Below, piece after piece: positions 23,743-36,992 of a DNA stretch of 64,000 nt. Each line of letters starts with the position of its first letter. Positions within the stretch are counted from its first letter, which is position 1. The notes beneath the pieces were generated by a model, which searched no databases, was not told the origin of the DNA, and saw nothing but the letters and a program-made list of their open reading frames with translations. The position numbers and the translations under genes were made by a program. The DNA is from Psammoneis japonica (lineage: Eukaryota), in contig QPGO01000006.1 in NCBI GenBank assembly GCA_008632985.1, positions 434,001-498,000 on the forward strand, in the 5' to 3' direction.

Positions 23743-26541
23743 ATGGGGAACTCACCGTCCAGGCACGACGACGGTGATGGCTTTCCCGGCTCATCCGTCC
23801 TTGATAGCGTTTGCGGCAATGTGAAGGATGCGGATGATTCCTACGAGCATGACACACAAGAAAAGAAATCGCTTCCGTTGAGATTGTGGGAAACAGCAGA
23901 TGCAATGTGCATCTCATCTCCTATAAGCTCTACGCGCAGTAAGGACGGTTCTTTCTTTTCCGAAACAAACAATTCCATCGTTGCTGATCGTAGGGAAAAG
24001 ATTAATCCATCGTCAGCTCTATTTGCTAGAGCTTTGGTGTCTGAGGTCACCGACAATCCCTATCATATGACCCCAGCTGCCATGGCCGAGCGTGAAAAGC
24101 GTCTTCTCAAAGCACAAGAAGCAGCAAAGAAAGCGCAAAAGGATAAAAATGCTCCGCAGGGTGGACCAAAGCCCGTCGGCGCCCCCGGTATGATTGGAGA
24201 GCCAAGTTTGATGGGTACCCTTGCACACGCTCTAATTGAAGATGATGTAGATGAAAATGCACCTTCCGCTCCTCCTAAGAATCCGTCGGTTCTTCCACCA
24301 AACTCGCTATCGGGACATCGATCGGCAGAGCCTTTGCCCGCACCTGAACCGCTGGGCAAACATGCAGTTACAATTGGACTGAGTCTAAGTCGGAAAAACG
24401 CCAAAGTAGGACATCCGGATACTGTGACTCGTCAGACAGCTTTTGATTTTAACGAATTGCAGGACCGACAGTACAAGTACGTTAGTTCAACTGATTCGAG
24501 TGGATGGCTTGCTGGAGGTGGGGAACGCGGTGGTCCTCCAGACTCGAATGCACCATCTATTGGATATACTGGGAGCGATGAAATCATGCATCCCAAAGGA
24601 ACCCCAGGTGGTAGTCAAAAGGTTGCAGCCCCGGATACAATTCATATTCCGATTATTCACATCAATGCTGCCAGTCCTGGAGCTGTGGATGCAATCGTTT
24701 CGGCATTGAGACGAGGTGAAGTGTTCATTCCTCACATGGCTATCTCGCCCGAGATGTTGAGTGTTAACGGAGCGACACCCCCTGATTTGGAGATCAGATT
24801 TGGCTGCGAACGTAATGACGCCCTGCCGCCGGATCAATGGAACAATTGGTGCTTGGAATTCATGCATAACCAGCTGTACGAGTATTTTCAAAACATGGGA
24901 GCGGTATGGATGAAGAGACCCTTCTCAATCACGTTGGCACGAAAAGTCCGTTGGAAATCAATCAAACACATGAACAAGTACTTTGGTCACGCCGAGCGTG
25001 TCGTTGACGGTTGGCGTGAGAAGGGACCTCAGTACCTGGATCCGCAGTTGTCCTATATTAAAGGTGGTGCCACTACAGAGGAAGTAGCTCGACCCCACGG
25101 AGTCTATCTCATGAAAGACGGCGTGCCAACGAATTATTTTGCACCAAACTTTGATCCTCCTTACAGTACTAAAATGACTCGGGCGTTGCTCACGAACGTG
25201 TTGGGAAAAAGTTGGGACAAGAAGCGGCGTGAGTGGACGTCGGAACCGATACCGCGGCTCATCACACCTTCGGCGGTGGTGGGTGCGATTTGTGGCTGCG
25301 GTGACAACCAAACTGGCTTTATGGCCAATGAGGTGACCAACATGTCCCATCCGATGTCCCCTCCTACCGAGAAATACAAGACCTTGCGGGAAGAGTATGA
25401 TAATCTCAAGATTGTGGAAGCCAACCGGCATCGAGGCGCGTCAAGGAACCGACACGAAGGCATGATGATGCATGATGAGGAGAAGAAAGCAGACAGCAAA
25501 GATGAATACTCTCCTCGTGAAGCAAGTGCATTGACTTCACCCTTTGAGAGCGAATCAGGATCGAATGTACTAAATAAGTTTCCGTCTCCCCGAGCTCCGG
25601 CCAACCGTCGATATGGGTTTTCACCTTCCCCTGAACTACGCCAATTCCGCTCTACGTCCGGTCGCAATGAATCTGTAGAACCAAGTGAAGTTGGGAAGAG
25701 CTCCGTTGCTGCAACTGAGACTACTGTCCAGCACATGAATTCAAACCCAACAAAGCTTATAGAGCGTGAAGCCCAGAGGAGAAAAGAAGTCGAAAGGATC
25801 CGCCGTGAGAAAGAAGAGCGAGATGCAGCCGATGGATGGTTAAAGGAAACATTGGAAGAGGGTTCCGACGAAGAGAACTTTGCTGATAATGATTTGAATG
25901 TGAAGGCTGGGCGTTTTTCCAATCAGTCACAGGTGAGTCCTCCATGTGCGAAAGATTATGTAACTCAAGTTGTGAAGCTTTCTCAAACTGCTTGTTTCCC
26001 CTTGCAGCGAAAAATCAGAAGAAAAGATTCCGCACCACTCAAAAAGATTGACGCAAAGCATCTTCCTGCTGCTGCATTAGATGAAGGTGCGGTTCCTGGT
26101 TCCAAATACTTGGTTGGTTCCGACAAGAAGTCTGGCACTTCAGAACAGCCGGAAGTTCTCAGAACAGATTCGGGTACTTTGTCGCTCGACTATTCTTTGG
26201 ACTCTTCATATCTAGGCGAAAGTTCATTAGTTGGACAGAAGATAGATGCTGACGGTGCGGTATATACCGCCACCTCCCCCAAAGAAGATGGAAAGCACGT
26301 TTCTGGTAAACAGAACGAAGGTGACGACCCCACCGTAGCTGAATCGTATTCCGAATCTGTGTCATCCGAACCCATTCCATCCGATGAGGAGTTATTCAGG
26401 GTTGGATGGGCGAAGGCATTGGACCCCAACACGGGTAGTTACTACTATTTTACTTTGGATCGCTCCAAAACGGTATGGGAGAATCCTCTCAATCCTCAGT
26501 CCGTGCTCAGTGGAGAAACGGAGGCTGTTCAATCAATATAA
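23743..26541 (+). CDS. WW-domain protein; probable in-frame 75-nt intron 25933-26007
   Basis: 932-aa ORF with an N-terminal MGNSPS (possible myristoylation) and a C-terminal WW domain GWAKALDPNTGSYYYFTLDRSKTVWENP. A gtgagt…ttgcag intron is present. Confidence 0.85.
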   Translation: MGNSPSRHDDGDGFPGSSVLDSVCGNVKDADDSYEHDTQEKKSLPLRLWETADAMCISSPISSTRSKDGSFFSETNNSIVADRREKINPSSALFARALVSEVTDNPYHMTPAAMAEREKRLLKAQEAAKKAQKDKNAPQGGPKPVGAPGMIGEPSLMGTLAHALIEDDVDENAPSAPPKNPSVLPPNSLSGHRSAEPLPAPEPLGKHAVTIGLSLSRKNAKVGHPDTVTRQTAFDFNELQDRQYKYVSSTDSSGWLAGGGERGGPPDSNAPSIGYTGSDEIMHPKGTPGGSQKVAAPDTIHIPIIHINAASPGAVDAIVSALRRGEVFIPHMAISPEMLSVNGATPPDLEIRFGCERNDALPPDQWNNWCLEFMHNQLYEYFQNMGAVWMKRPFSITLARKVRWKSIKHMNKYFGHAERVVDGWREKGPQYLDPQLSYIKGGATTEEVARPHGVYLMKDGVPTNYFAPNFDPPYSTKMTRALLTNVLGKSWDKKRREWTSEPIPRLITPSAVVGAICGCGDNQTGFMANEVTNMSHPMSPPTEKYKTLREEYDNLKIVEANRHRGASRNRHEGMMMHDEEKKADSKDEYSPREASALTSPFESESGSNVLNKFPSPRAPANRRYGFSPSPELRQFRSTSGRNESVEPSEVGKSSVAATETTVQHMNSNPTKLIEREAQRRKEVERIRREKEERDAADGWLKETLEEGSDEENFADNDLNVKAGRFSNQSQVSPPCAKDYVTQVVKLSQTACFPLQRKIRRKDSAPLKKIDAKHLPAAALDEGAVPGSKYLVGSDKKSGTSEQPEVLRTDSGTLSLDYSLDSSYLGESSLVGQKIDADGAVYTATSPKEDGKHVSGKQNEGDDPTVAESYSESVSSEPIPSDEELFRVGWAKALDPNTGSYYYFTLDRSKTVWENPLNPQSVLSGETEAVQSI

Positions 26542-27253
26542 AATATTGACCATTTTTCTTATGTGTTAAGTGATGTTCTATAACAACTCATATCCAAGTG
26601 TTTGTCTCTATTGTAGTTAGCGTAATTCTGTACTTAGGAGGTGCTCCAGCTTTTATTCATCATGAGTGCTTCAACGATAATCTGCTTCTTATCAAGTCCT
26701 CTCCCAGCGATCGAATCGTGAGAGAGAGAGAGACAGGGAGTAAACGCATACCAGTAGGATCATCTTCGTCTACGGTGCGCTCTCAAAACTACCACTTCTT
26801 TTCGACGTAAACAAAGGAAAGGTGCTACCGGTATGACCATCGCGTTCATGGGACACTATCTTGCCTTTTTTCTGACGAAAAGAAAAAGTGAGCCCCCGCC
26901 GGTGCGTGACAAGCGCGAGACACTTTAGTATCAATAATAATTGGTTGTAAAGGTATAAGTGACTCAATAAAGCATACCTTGTCAAGGTGAAAAGTCCGCC
27001 ATATTGATTTACGAGGAGTTCTCATATACATGTGTATCTCTAAGTACGCCAGGAACCGTTATATTAAATAATTAATGAATGGTGAATCTTAATAATAGTC
27101 CTGAAAACCTCGCCACTTTTTCGTCAATGTCGCAATCGCAAAAAGCTAAAAAATAGCGAGCCGCATTGATCGTGACAAACAATCACTTCAGCTATAACAA
27201 AGAAAGTAACAGAGCATTGAACTGAGCCAACTTAGTAACAACGGGAGACGAGG

Positions 27254-29835
27254 ATGCCACCGAGCCCCTTGGCTTCTTCTCTGGGTTTACACGAGCTTGA
27301 GTCGCAAGCAGAACGCAGGCAAAAGATGAAGCCGGGAGGATTTGCATCAGAAGACGTGGTGTCCGAAGATTCGGATTGGGTTGATTTTACTGAGACAAGA
27401 TCTATGTCTATTCGAGGTGAAAGCGCCTCATGGATGGGCAATCCGGTTGACAGCGACGCCTCGTGGTTCCCTTTGGCGCCACCAAACCGAACACCAACCC
27501 GAGAAGCACGCTCGGAAGTCGTTTCTAAGTTCCGTTTCTCAGAAGATGAGATGAGAATCGGCGCTCATCTAGAAGCAACTAGCAACGAGCGTCGTAAACA
27601 GCGCAGGCGCTCTTCCCGAGCCGTGAAAGAATCTGAAAACAAACACATAAAAGGCAGGCTTCGTGGAGGGCAGACACCACGAAAGTTGAAACCACCGACC
27701 GCTTCGAGGTCAAAAAGTACCAGTGATGTCCCTCAGAGTGTTGCAACAAATTCATCAACGTCCGATACTGGATCGTTACCCAGTAGGGGGCGTGCAACAA
27801 GGATGCGTTCCACTTCCCCATCTTCGCGAAGAGAAAAACGTTCGACGAACGCCGCCCAACCAACTTCGCGTCGTGGCAGGAGCCGTTCAATCACCCGGCG
27901 TGCGAGGAGTCCGTCAGTCACACGACTTTCCGGTGATAGGGGACGAAACCAAAAGTCCAATAATTCTGATGCCAGTAATTCTTCCACTCGAACTGGCTCG
28001 CGGTTGCGATCCCGGAGCCCTTCGCTCACCAGGTCTGAAAATAGGATCTCTACCCGTACCCCAGTAACCGGGCCACAAGCTACTTCAAGAAGAGAGCTTG
28101 AGAGTAGGCCTCCTCCGACTAGTGCGGGGCGCTCTGGAAGAAGTAGATCTGTCAGTCGAGTTCCTGGTCACAACTCGAGGAGTCGCTCGACCAGCCGGAC
28201 TCCTGTCATTAGGAGAAGTCGTTCGACCAGCCGGACTCCCATCTCTAAGCGATCTAGAAGTCGATCAACGACTAGATCGGCAACGCTCGATAGATACGGA
28301 GTAACTACACCTGTACCCCGGAGCTCCAATAGTATTGGTCCCGGACTTCCACCTCGTCATAAGCAATCTGCTGATGACGCCAGCGCCAGTGTACATACGC
28401 TGGACGAAAGGATCGGGCAAGATATCAGCTTTGGTACAGCCGTAAATACTACGCCGCAAAGGAAGCCATCTAGAGGATCGAGTGGCTCTTCAAAGAGAAA
28501 GGAAGGGGGTCTTATGGAGAGGCTTTTTGGTGACCGTGTGAGCGAATCTGCAAAGCGGTCATACCTTCCTTCGGGTGCTCCTCCATCGCCCGCGGCAAGC
28601 ACGTCAAGTAGCGTACTCTCATCCACGCAACAGCCGGATTGTATACACTCAAGAATGCTACTATCGGCGACCGTTTATCACAATTCTGCCACAAACCTTT
28701 GGATTACTACAATTAACACCAACCAAAAGGGTGTGGCGACCAACCAGGCCTCTGCTTCCAAGCATCTCAAGGCATTTTCTTTCTCTTCCGAACGAGAAGC
28801 TCGAGAGTCAGCGATTGCGAATGCACCTCCAAAGATGCTTCCATTCGGAGACTGCCCAAACTGTTTTGTATGCAATGGAAAGTTTGCAATCTTTCGGCGA
28901 GCAAGCCATTGTCGCAATTGCGGAGTTTGCGTTTGTAACAGCTGCTCTGTTACGTGGTCGGCAAAAATGTTACCCACAACGTACAATCTCAAGAGAGAAT
29001 CGAGTGTCAAGATTTGCAAGAGTTGTCACTTTCTGAGCATGGCGTTCAAGCGGGCGCTTCAGAATGGGGACTATGAAGGCAGTATTGCTCTCTATGGCAC
29101 CGGTAATGTGAACTTGAGGTGCCCATTCCCGAATCCACCGGAGGACAAGAAAGGGGAGACTATGTGAGTTATTTCTAAAGCTTTATCTTTTTGCTTTACC
29201 TCAACGCAATTCTCAACTATTATTTATTGACTCTCTTGTGAAGGTATCCGGTTCATTGCGCCGTGGAAGGCGGCAACTTGAGTCTTGTTCGATGGATCAT
29301 TGACGAGCACTACTGTCCCTTCAAAACGCTGCGTGCTCGCAAAAAGGGAAAGAAGAGTCGTGACGTACCTTTGACAACCTCGACCGGTCGCTCTGTGTTT
29401 AGCATTGCCATGTCGGGTCTCAAGATTGACATTATGCGCTATCTGGTTGTCGAAAAGGGCGTGTCTGTGTACGAAACCAAGGATCTCAAGGCATCCCTTC
29501 GGTCATTGGAAGCCACACTCTTGGCACTCCCCCAGCGCGATGACGAGAATGATCACAGGACAGCCGTGTTTCAGCTGCCTCATGATTTTGACGATGTCTA
29601 TTCACAAGATGATTGCAGCAGTTATGACCAATCCGTATCGTTTGACGACGAAAACGACGGCCGCAAGGAAGATGAAGCCTTGTCGGATGCTTGTATCCTT
29701 TGTTATGAAAACAACATTGATTGTGTGATTTTACCCTGTGGACATCAAATATGCTGCTTGCAATGCAGCGCAAACTTGAATACGTGCCCTGTCTGTAATG
29801 CGGAATGCCAATTCATTCGCATTTTCAAGCCTTGA
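27254..29835 (+). CDS. FYVE zinc-finger / C-terminal RING (C3HC4) protein; intron 29164-29243
   Basis: FYVE-like CFVC…RRASHCRNCGVCVCNSC…ICKSC. RING CILC…VILPCGHQICCLQC…CPVC. Splicing joins ETM-YPVHCAV in frame. Confidence 0.9.
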
Positions 29836-30444
29836 TTTTGAGAGAAGAGACTACCATCTGCGAGAGACGACTACATATTGATTCATAACCGGGAAAAGAA
29901 ACAGTTTATAACCAGCAAAAGATCATTCTCGAAATGCCGTTGTATTTAGTATTGTGCAAGTTGTCCATAGTGTGTTCACAACCGGGAGAAGAATGGCGCC
30001 AGTTACGATGATTCTTCAAATTCCGTACGCAGATTTCATCGAAATTCGCGCGCCGAACTCAATTCAGTTCACATCCGCGCCCGCGCTTATTTTCGCCTCT
30101 ATTAGAAGTAAATGAGCATGGTAAAAACAGCCCGGTAAAAGCAATCCTTGGGTAAAAGAGTGTCTGATGAGGAGTTGGACTTAGAAGTTTATGGTGCAAT
30201 TAGTCACCTGCTACATACGTACCTATTACATTGAACATCACACCATTACCGTACTACCGTGTGTACCGGTACCCCCCCGAAACACGGATGCAGCATCGGT
30301 ACGAAACGCGGGACTCAGCGGAGGCACGTCTCGCCTCATCAAACCAACAGGACATCAATCTCTCTGGCTTTTCACTCTCATCACAAAACGAAGATTGATG
30401 CATCTGTTGTCTTTAACATTGCAAAAGAGATTTCCCCAAATAAT

Positions 30445-31811
30445 ATGTCTGATTCATCACAAACGAATCCTCCTCCTCTTCAGACGCGAGAAGAAAGCGA
30501 TGAAGATTTGTTGGCCATGGCGGCGAATGCCAACGCGCTGGGGCGAACAGGACGGAACGAGGATGGGACACTATCTGATTTTTACACCTGGGCCGCCGCC
30601 CATCCTCAAAGGACTTGGAGGTTGTCGTTCATCAAGGACGGACCGCTTGGAAAAGTGCACAAGAAGAAACCACAACAAAGGAGGACAACCCAATAAGAGA
30701 ACGACTTTCCATTGTCTCTTGGAATTTACTGTCTGATACATGGTATCAAACGTCTCCAGAAGAGTATACTCACGTGACGGAGGACAATCATGGTGACTGG
30801 GAATTTCGATTGAAACGCATGGTAGATTGGTTCGGTACGTTGGATGCCCAGATATTGACCTTGCAAGAAGTCGACTTTGTCTTGTTTGAGTCGCACTTGC
30901 AACCAGCCCTGGCGACATTGGGCTATCAAGGCATGGTACAACGGCCCAAGAAAATGAGTCGGAAACAGCCCTGTGGTTGTGCGACATTTTGGAAATCGAG
31001 TTTGTTTCAATTGGAAGCAAGTGGTGTCTTTTCAAGGTCTCTGGCGACTGTATTGCGTCGAGGTGACGACGGCAAGATCAACAGCAATGTCGTGTGCGTC
31101 GTGAATGTTCACTTGGAAGCCTCTCAGAGTGAAGAGGGTGCCGATCGTCGTGCTCGTCAATTGCGTTCTGCCTTGGAATGGGCCGAACGTCGTCGTCGTC
31201 TTCATTCTTCGAACCAAGCAATGCCTCTCGTGGTGAGCGGGGATTGCAATACCGGTGCGGATGCCGCTCTCTTTACCGTGGTTCGCAACTACTCGTGGCA
31301 TGGCCACGACTTGGCCTCTGTCTATGAACACGCGAGTGCCAACGAGTCCATGCCAGCACGGCATGCGACATTTTGTGTTCCTGATCATCATTACCTGATT
31401 GATCAAATGTGGTATTCACATGAAACACTCCACTTGGAATGTTTGTTGGATCCATTGACGGAAGAGGAGAGAGAAACAGTTTTGAATGCGGGTTTGCCCC
31501 ACGAGATTTGTCCGTCCGATCATGTTCCGATTGGAGCTATATTTAGCGTCGTGGATCCGCCACCTACTGAAACTGCAACAACAGCCCAATCAAAAGAAGA
31601 AGAACAGCTTTCCGACGAACGCAAGGAGGAGTTGCGGGCCAGGTACCAAGAATTCATGGCTAATGCCCCCTCCAACAGTGGAAAACTGTCGGAAGAACAA
31701 AAGGCTGCATTGAAGGAACATGGTGCCACCGTCAAGGCGTGGGCCGAATCACTCTCCGACCCACTGGAACGGAAGTTTGCGGAAGCTCTGCGAAAGAAAA
31801 AAGTAAAGTGA
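30445..31811 (+). CDS. Endonuclease/exonuclease/phosphatase (CCR4/Angel-like EEP) protein; one frameshift near 30680
   Basis: EEP motifs SWNLL, LQEVD, VNVHL, GDCN, IDQMWY, PSDHVP. Confidence 0.85.
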
Positions 31812-32179
31812 CGACACAAGTAATGTTGTTAGCGACCTCCTTACTCATCACACAGAAAATGCCGAGTACCTAGTAGTGTCGGCGTCATGGTGCAGTAGAC
31901 CACGAGAGGAATTTTGAGTTTGGTGCAATAGGCTGCATCCTTCGAATACACTACACGTGCAAGAACGAGAAAAGCGGGAAAGACGAAATTACAAATCAAA
32001 TCTTTTTCTAAAATATTGCATACTCATCTACTCCGTATCTTGTATGTTGGACAGAGGATCTTCTGGAAGGATGGATCTGCCGCGTGCCAGTGAAAGACAA
32101 GAAGGGCTGGTGCATACACTGTCAAAAGATCAATTCGTTACGTTTCACACAACCGCACACTAACACAGTCTTTGGCACA

Positions 32180-33150
32180 TTGCCCACTCTATGTTGGCGA
32201 CCACCTGTCCAATGGTCCCTCGTGCTGATGCTTGGTCCAACGCTCTTCACGACTCGTCATCATTTGTTCTTCTGGCAAATGGGGATGTACGTCCATGCTC
32301 ACTGCACAACCACATTGCCAAATTTGAACGTTCTCCACTCGCAATTGGAAGAGCTGCATGTCATGTCATTCCACGATGCATCACAGCAACACCGGGAGCA
32401 AAGTTGACAAGATTCTTCTTGCCAGTGTCGGGGTCCACAAAGCAAAGGGAAGATCCCATCCATTCTTCGTCGCCATTCGGCAAGTTCAAGTTGATGTTGA
32501 CGAGTGTCAACAATGAGGAAGCATCCAAGTGTTGACAAATGGACTGTTCCTTTCCTGCCTGGCGCTGGATCGAAAATGCAAAGCCCCCGAGTCGTCCGCG
32601 CCTTGAACACATTTGGGAAAGAAGAGACTGCCCAAAGGACGCATGCAGGTGTCCATCAAGTTATGGCAAAAGGTTTGAAACTGAGGGATGGCCATGCACC
32701 CAACGGAACAAGGATCAATCATGAACCCATTGCGGTTCAAAACAATTCCACAACGTGGGTGAGTTGGGATTCTTGCCTTTGATGCCTCACCCAGGTGCAC
32801 TCTTGTGAGAGCAATTTTGAATGGATTGAAGAATTGGCACTGGCAGGCACCGGGCGCAACTTCTTTCCACGGGTCACAAACCAGCTTCTCCTTGCTGGGG
32901 TCCTTTCGTGCTTCTTGAACAGCCTTGTGCAAGTCAGCATCAATGACAGAGTCATCCAGCTTGGGAAGTGATGCACCCTGTGCCCATTCCTCCCATGCTT
33001 GGATGAGCAACTCATCATTTGTTTCCCAAAACTTGGCAACCGACCAACAGGTCATGATGAAGCATCTCCTCACGGGAGGGAAATTTCAACTGATGGGCCT
33101 TTTGAAGGTGGGGCGCTGTGGCAGCAGGAGCAGATTGGAGAGCCATGGTT
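32180..33150 (-). pseudogene. Degenerate 2OG-Fe(II) oxygenase-like gene
   Basis: Fragments DASSLLTLVNINLNL…GSSLCFVD…FAPGVAVMHRG…ALPIASGERSNLAMW lie in shifted frames and are Tyr-depleted. Confidence 0.6.
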
Positions 33151-33797
33151 GAAACTGAAGCAACTTTCTTGAGAAGCATCCTTTAGATGATGAGCCTTTT
33201 AGTTTTGCTCTTGATCAATTTTGTGTGATGAGAAGTTGTGGGGCTGAAAAGTTAAAATCCAACAAAGGAAGCATTCAATGAACCTTCTCCTCTTTCATTG
33301 ACAGTGAAAACTGTCTTGTTTTTTGTGTGGCTCTTTAAAACTCGAACGTCGCGATTTCGGCACCTTTCTGATTAGATTCTTTATGTGTCCTCAGAAACCC
33401 ATGAAAACTTGTGACTTCTCTCCCCAAACAAGTCGAGGAGAGTGTAATTGAGCAGTCGAAACACTTTGTCATGTGAAATGTCCAAGTTTCCATCGTCCTG
33501 GAGAGGGTTCAAGTTGGCGAGCCGACTTTGGCGATTTGTGTAGAAAACACACTAAGCTCCACGTGCGCAGAATCTGGCCGACTTTTTTCCCCTTACCACC
33601 TCAATGTCAAGACAGCATCGTTGATGGCCGACTGAGTGCATGATGGCATGCAAAATGCCCAAATGACATTAAAGTGCACAAAGGAAGAAGTTCCTTCTGC
33701 TTTCATCACAGCAAATGCTGCTCAGAGCTTCCAGTCTAAATGTTGAAAAATGTTTGTCAATGTTTGGAATTGGATCCTGTGTGTCCTTGGCACAGGT

Positions 33798-34048
33798 TCA
33801 TTGTGAGACCCCACAAATGCAAAGGGACCCTCCTGCAGAGCTCCACTCAAATTTTTGCATGTGGTTCTGAAACATGCAGCCTGCATGCACAAAACTGGTG
33901 CAATTTCTGTGACAAAAATCCAAAAAAATGCCCAGTTCGTGAGACAGCTCTGGTGCAAAACCTGCGCAAACAGCCCCCACACATTCACGCAGAACTCTGC
34001 ACATTTCCGGGTTGCGGGTCCCTCTGCATTTGTGGGGTCCCACAATGA
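33798..34048. mobile_element. MITE-like element with TIRs of about 33 bp
   Basis: tcattgtgagaccccacaaatgcaaagggaccc (33798-33830) versus gggtccctctgcatttgtggggtcccacaatga (34016-34048); 2 mismatches in reverse complement. Confidence 0.7.
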
Positions 34049-35727
34049 GGGTGGTGGCAGGTGACTTTCCAACAAAAATCTCTCTTCATCAGGCTGCGGT
34101 CACAGTCCACAGAAATTTGAATGTCATCTGTGAGGCTTTTCTTGACACAATTGCCACGCTGTTTGAAAGAGCCCTCATTGTGCTGAGCAAAACATTTTTC
34201 TAAATTTTTCTTGTTGCTGCCTCTTGCACCCATGTCTTTGAAAATGTGCAGTGTGCCAATGCTGCACCTTGCAATGCAGCACAAAGAATGAAAAGGCTTC
34301 TTGCAGTGCACTGCAAAACAGGGTCAGGACACGTGTCCTTGTCAGCAAAAAAGAAATCACTTGTGCCTTTTGTGTAAAATGACATGGTTGTTGGCCTTGG
34401 TTGTCATGCACGCCAGTTCCTGCAACCATGGAATGAGAACAAAAAGAGTGCATCATTGCTCTCAATGCTCAAGAGAAGGGGGCAAATCCTCTGCATGATG
34501 AGAGTGACAATGTGATGTGAAGTGGCGTGAGTTGTGCGTCATTTTCATTCACTCTGCAATGATTGTGTTTTTGTCATGATGTTGCAGGCAGGCTCAAAAG
34601 TCCACAACAGACAGAAAGTGCAAACACGTGGGCATGATGGAGTGTCAGTGTCCAGTGAAGTTCTCTTGAAGCAAGCACAAGCCTGCAAAACGACATTTGC
34701 GATTTTGGGCACACACACACACAATCCATTTGCCTTGGCACACAAGCTTTGAGACAATGCACACCTTCCAGGTGGCAACAGAAATCAACAAACCCAGTCA
34801 ACACACCACTTGACTTGAGCTGTCAGCTGCATCACCAATTGTGTGTGAAACATGATTTCCAAATTGACACATCCCAAACAAAGGTGGAACCGAGTGCTTC
34901 TAAAATTTGAGTCCAAGTGGCTCTTCCCCTCTGTGCACGTTTTTTCATGTTGGTCCACCATTTGAGACAAAATTGCAAGGTTTCACCTGACATGAACTGA
35001 TTGATTCATTGTGTCAAAGAGGGTTGAAGCGTGGGTCCTTCCAATGATGGTGACAATCATTTGATGTTGTGCACAGGTTGCATCTTGTGTGCCACATGGG
35101 AGCTGCACCTCAAGCATCTCCTTGTGGATGGGGGAGGAGAAATGACATGCTCAGCACAGACACATGGAGCTGAATGGCAGGCAAGTTGTGGGCCATCATG
35201 ACTCAGGATGCAATTCTGTCATTTCATTTGCCAACATTGCCGTGCACCCATTTGTTTGCTCTTTCCATTCTTGGCCCATGACGAAGTAAAGAGCTGAAAC
35301 AACCTGCCATGTTGTGTTGATGCTGGCATGTGCAATCAAGAATTGAATGGTGGAATGGTCTTGTAGAACACAGCATGAGTGCAGTGCTTTGTTGCAGCAC
35401 ACTAAAAGTTGTGGCCCCACTCAAAGGACAACAATTCCACATTTTGCTGCAAAATTTCAAGTTGGACTGGCAGGCAGTGTTCAATGCCAATGGCATGGAT
35501 TGTGTCGAGGTTCTCAGACAGGCAAAGATGAAACACCCCATTGCACCATTCCTGATTTTTTTGTCTCTGTCATTCCAGCATGACATTTGGAGATGTCATG
35601 CCAGAGACAACACAAACACACAACCTCCTCATCTGCACACATCTTCAACGGCACCAGCACAGGAGGGGCCACAACTTCAAACTCACATATCAGCCCCCCC
35701 CCCCCCCCCCCCAAAAAAAAAGCAGTG

Positions 35728-35915
35728 CAATTCATTCACCACATTTTTGGGCCTTGATTGAGTGGCTGCCATCTGCAAGATGTGACTGCGTGCTGATTCA
35801 CAACCAAGAAAAGAAACAACAATTCACAACCAACAAAAGATCATTGCAAAAAATGGTGCTCCACCCAGTGTGGCGCAAGTTGCTCACATGGTGCATTCAC
35901 AGCCATGAGAAGAAA
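35728..35915 (+). pseudogene. Mutated duplicate of the 3' end/3' flank of the FYVE-RING gene (29809-29990)
   Basis: Colinear similarity: caattcattc…gccttgatt…ccatctgc…gattca.aacc…gaaaagaaaca…aaaagatcatt…gcaagttg…gagaagaa. Confidence 0.8.
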
Positions 35916-36992
35916 AAGTTTGTGGCCAACAAAAGTCACAATGAATTGCTGTGGCATTTGGCGTGGTGCACAGCATGTTCACACAGTGTGACAAGAGCAC
36001 AAGAAGACTGAAGTGCCTGGCACAGCCATTGCCACTTGCAATGGCTGCTGCTTGCTTGCACCCGGCTCAAGCAGCTGGGTGCCTCAGAGGTGCCATCTCT
36101 GCCTGTTTTAGAGTTGCTGCAGGAAATTGGGGCTGCCAAGATCTCCATTTTTTGGCTCAGCTCGGTTTTTCATCTTTCCATGTTGTGCTTTTCACACCAA
36201 CAAGAAAGAGAGCTTGGGAGAGAGAGAGAGTGAGAACTGGTGGCTCCACCCGAGCTGCTCTTGTTCTTTGTTTGTCACATTTGATGGAAAATCGGCTGTG
36301 CCGATTTTGTCGTTCGTTCGAGAGAAAGAGAGAAAGTGTTCTTGGCATGGCTTTCCTTTGTCTGATGCTGCCGCTCTCACCTCGTTTCTCTGCCACATCG
36401 CCCAGTGCATTGCTCAATGCCAGTTGGGGTGCACTTTCTGTGATGGGCTGGCACCAGCTGAAGTGGACCTCAACCTCCCGTGCCACTCTTGCCATGCAGG
36501 AGTACACACAGTGTCGCTGTGACGCATCATCTCAGTGCTGACGTGGAGACACGCCTGTTCCATCGTCCGCCTGGGCGGGATGGGCCCGCCTCTTGTCCCT
36601 CGAATAAACTGATCATCTATGTATCATCTGAAGATTTCAAATGCAGTGTTTGAAGTGATTTGCGCGACCAACAATATCCTACATGAATGAACATGAAGAT
36701 GAATTTTGAGTCGGGGCAAAAAAGTTCCCCGAAAATTTGTACTCCAAACGCAATACTAAAATTCTTCTACATAAGACTCAATCATAAAATACATATGCTC
36801 CTGAAGAAACTAAATACAATTTGAAATAAATCAAATTTCTTCCGTTCCGATCTTCCGTTGTGACGTGGATTATAGCCCACAAATTTGTCAACAGACAGGC
36901 TGGGGTGCAAGTCACGGGTTGGAGCTGAGCGAAGGTCTATTCGATACAAAACACTGCACTCATTTCTTCTTTGTTGTGATCCATCAACCACC

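Larger units (their letters stand above)
32300..36540. other. TpA-depleted domain 2
   Basis: TA is very rare and TG/CA is in excess; many spurious Cys/His-rich ORFs. Confidence 0.85.

Noticed and set aside
35693..35721. Long poly-C/poly-A runs (also about 48447-48462)
   Set aside because: Simple homopolymers whose length is unreliable in the assembly; no function is inferable.
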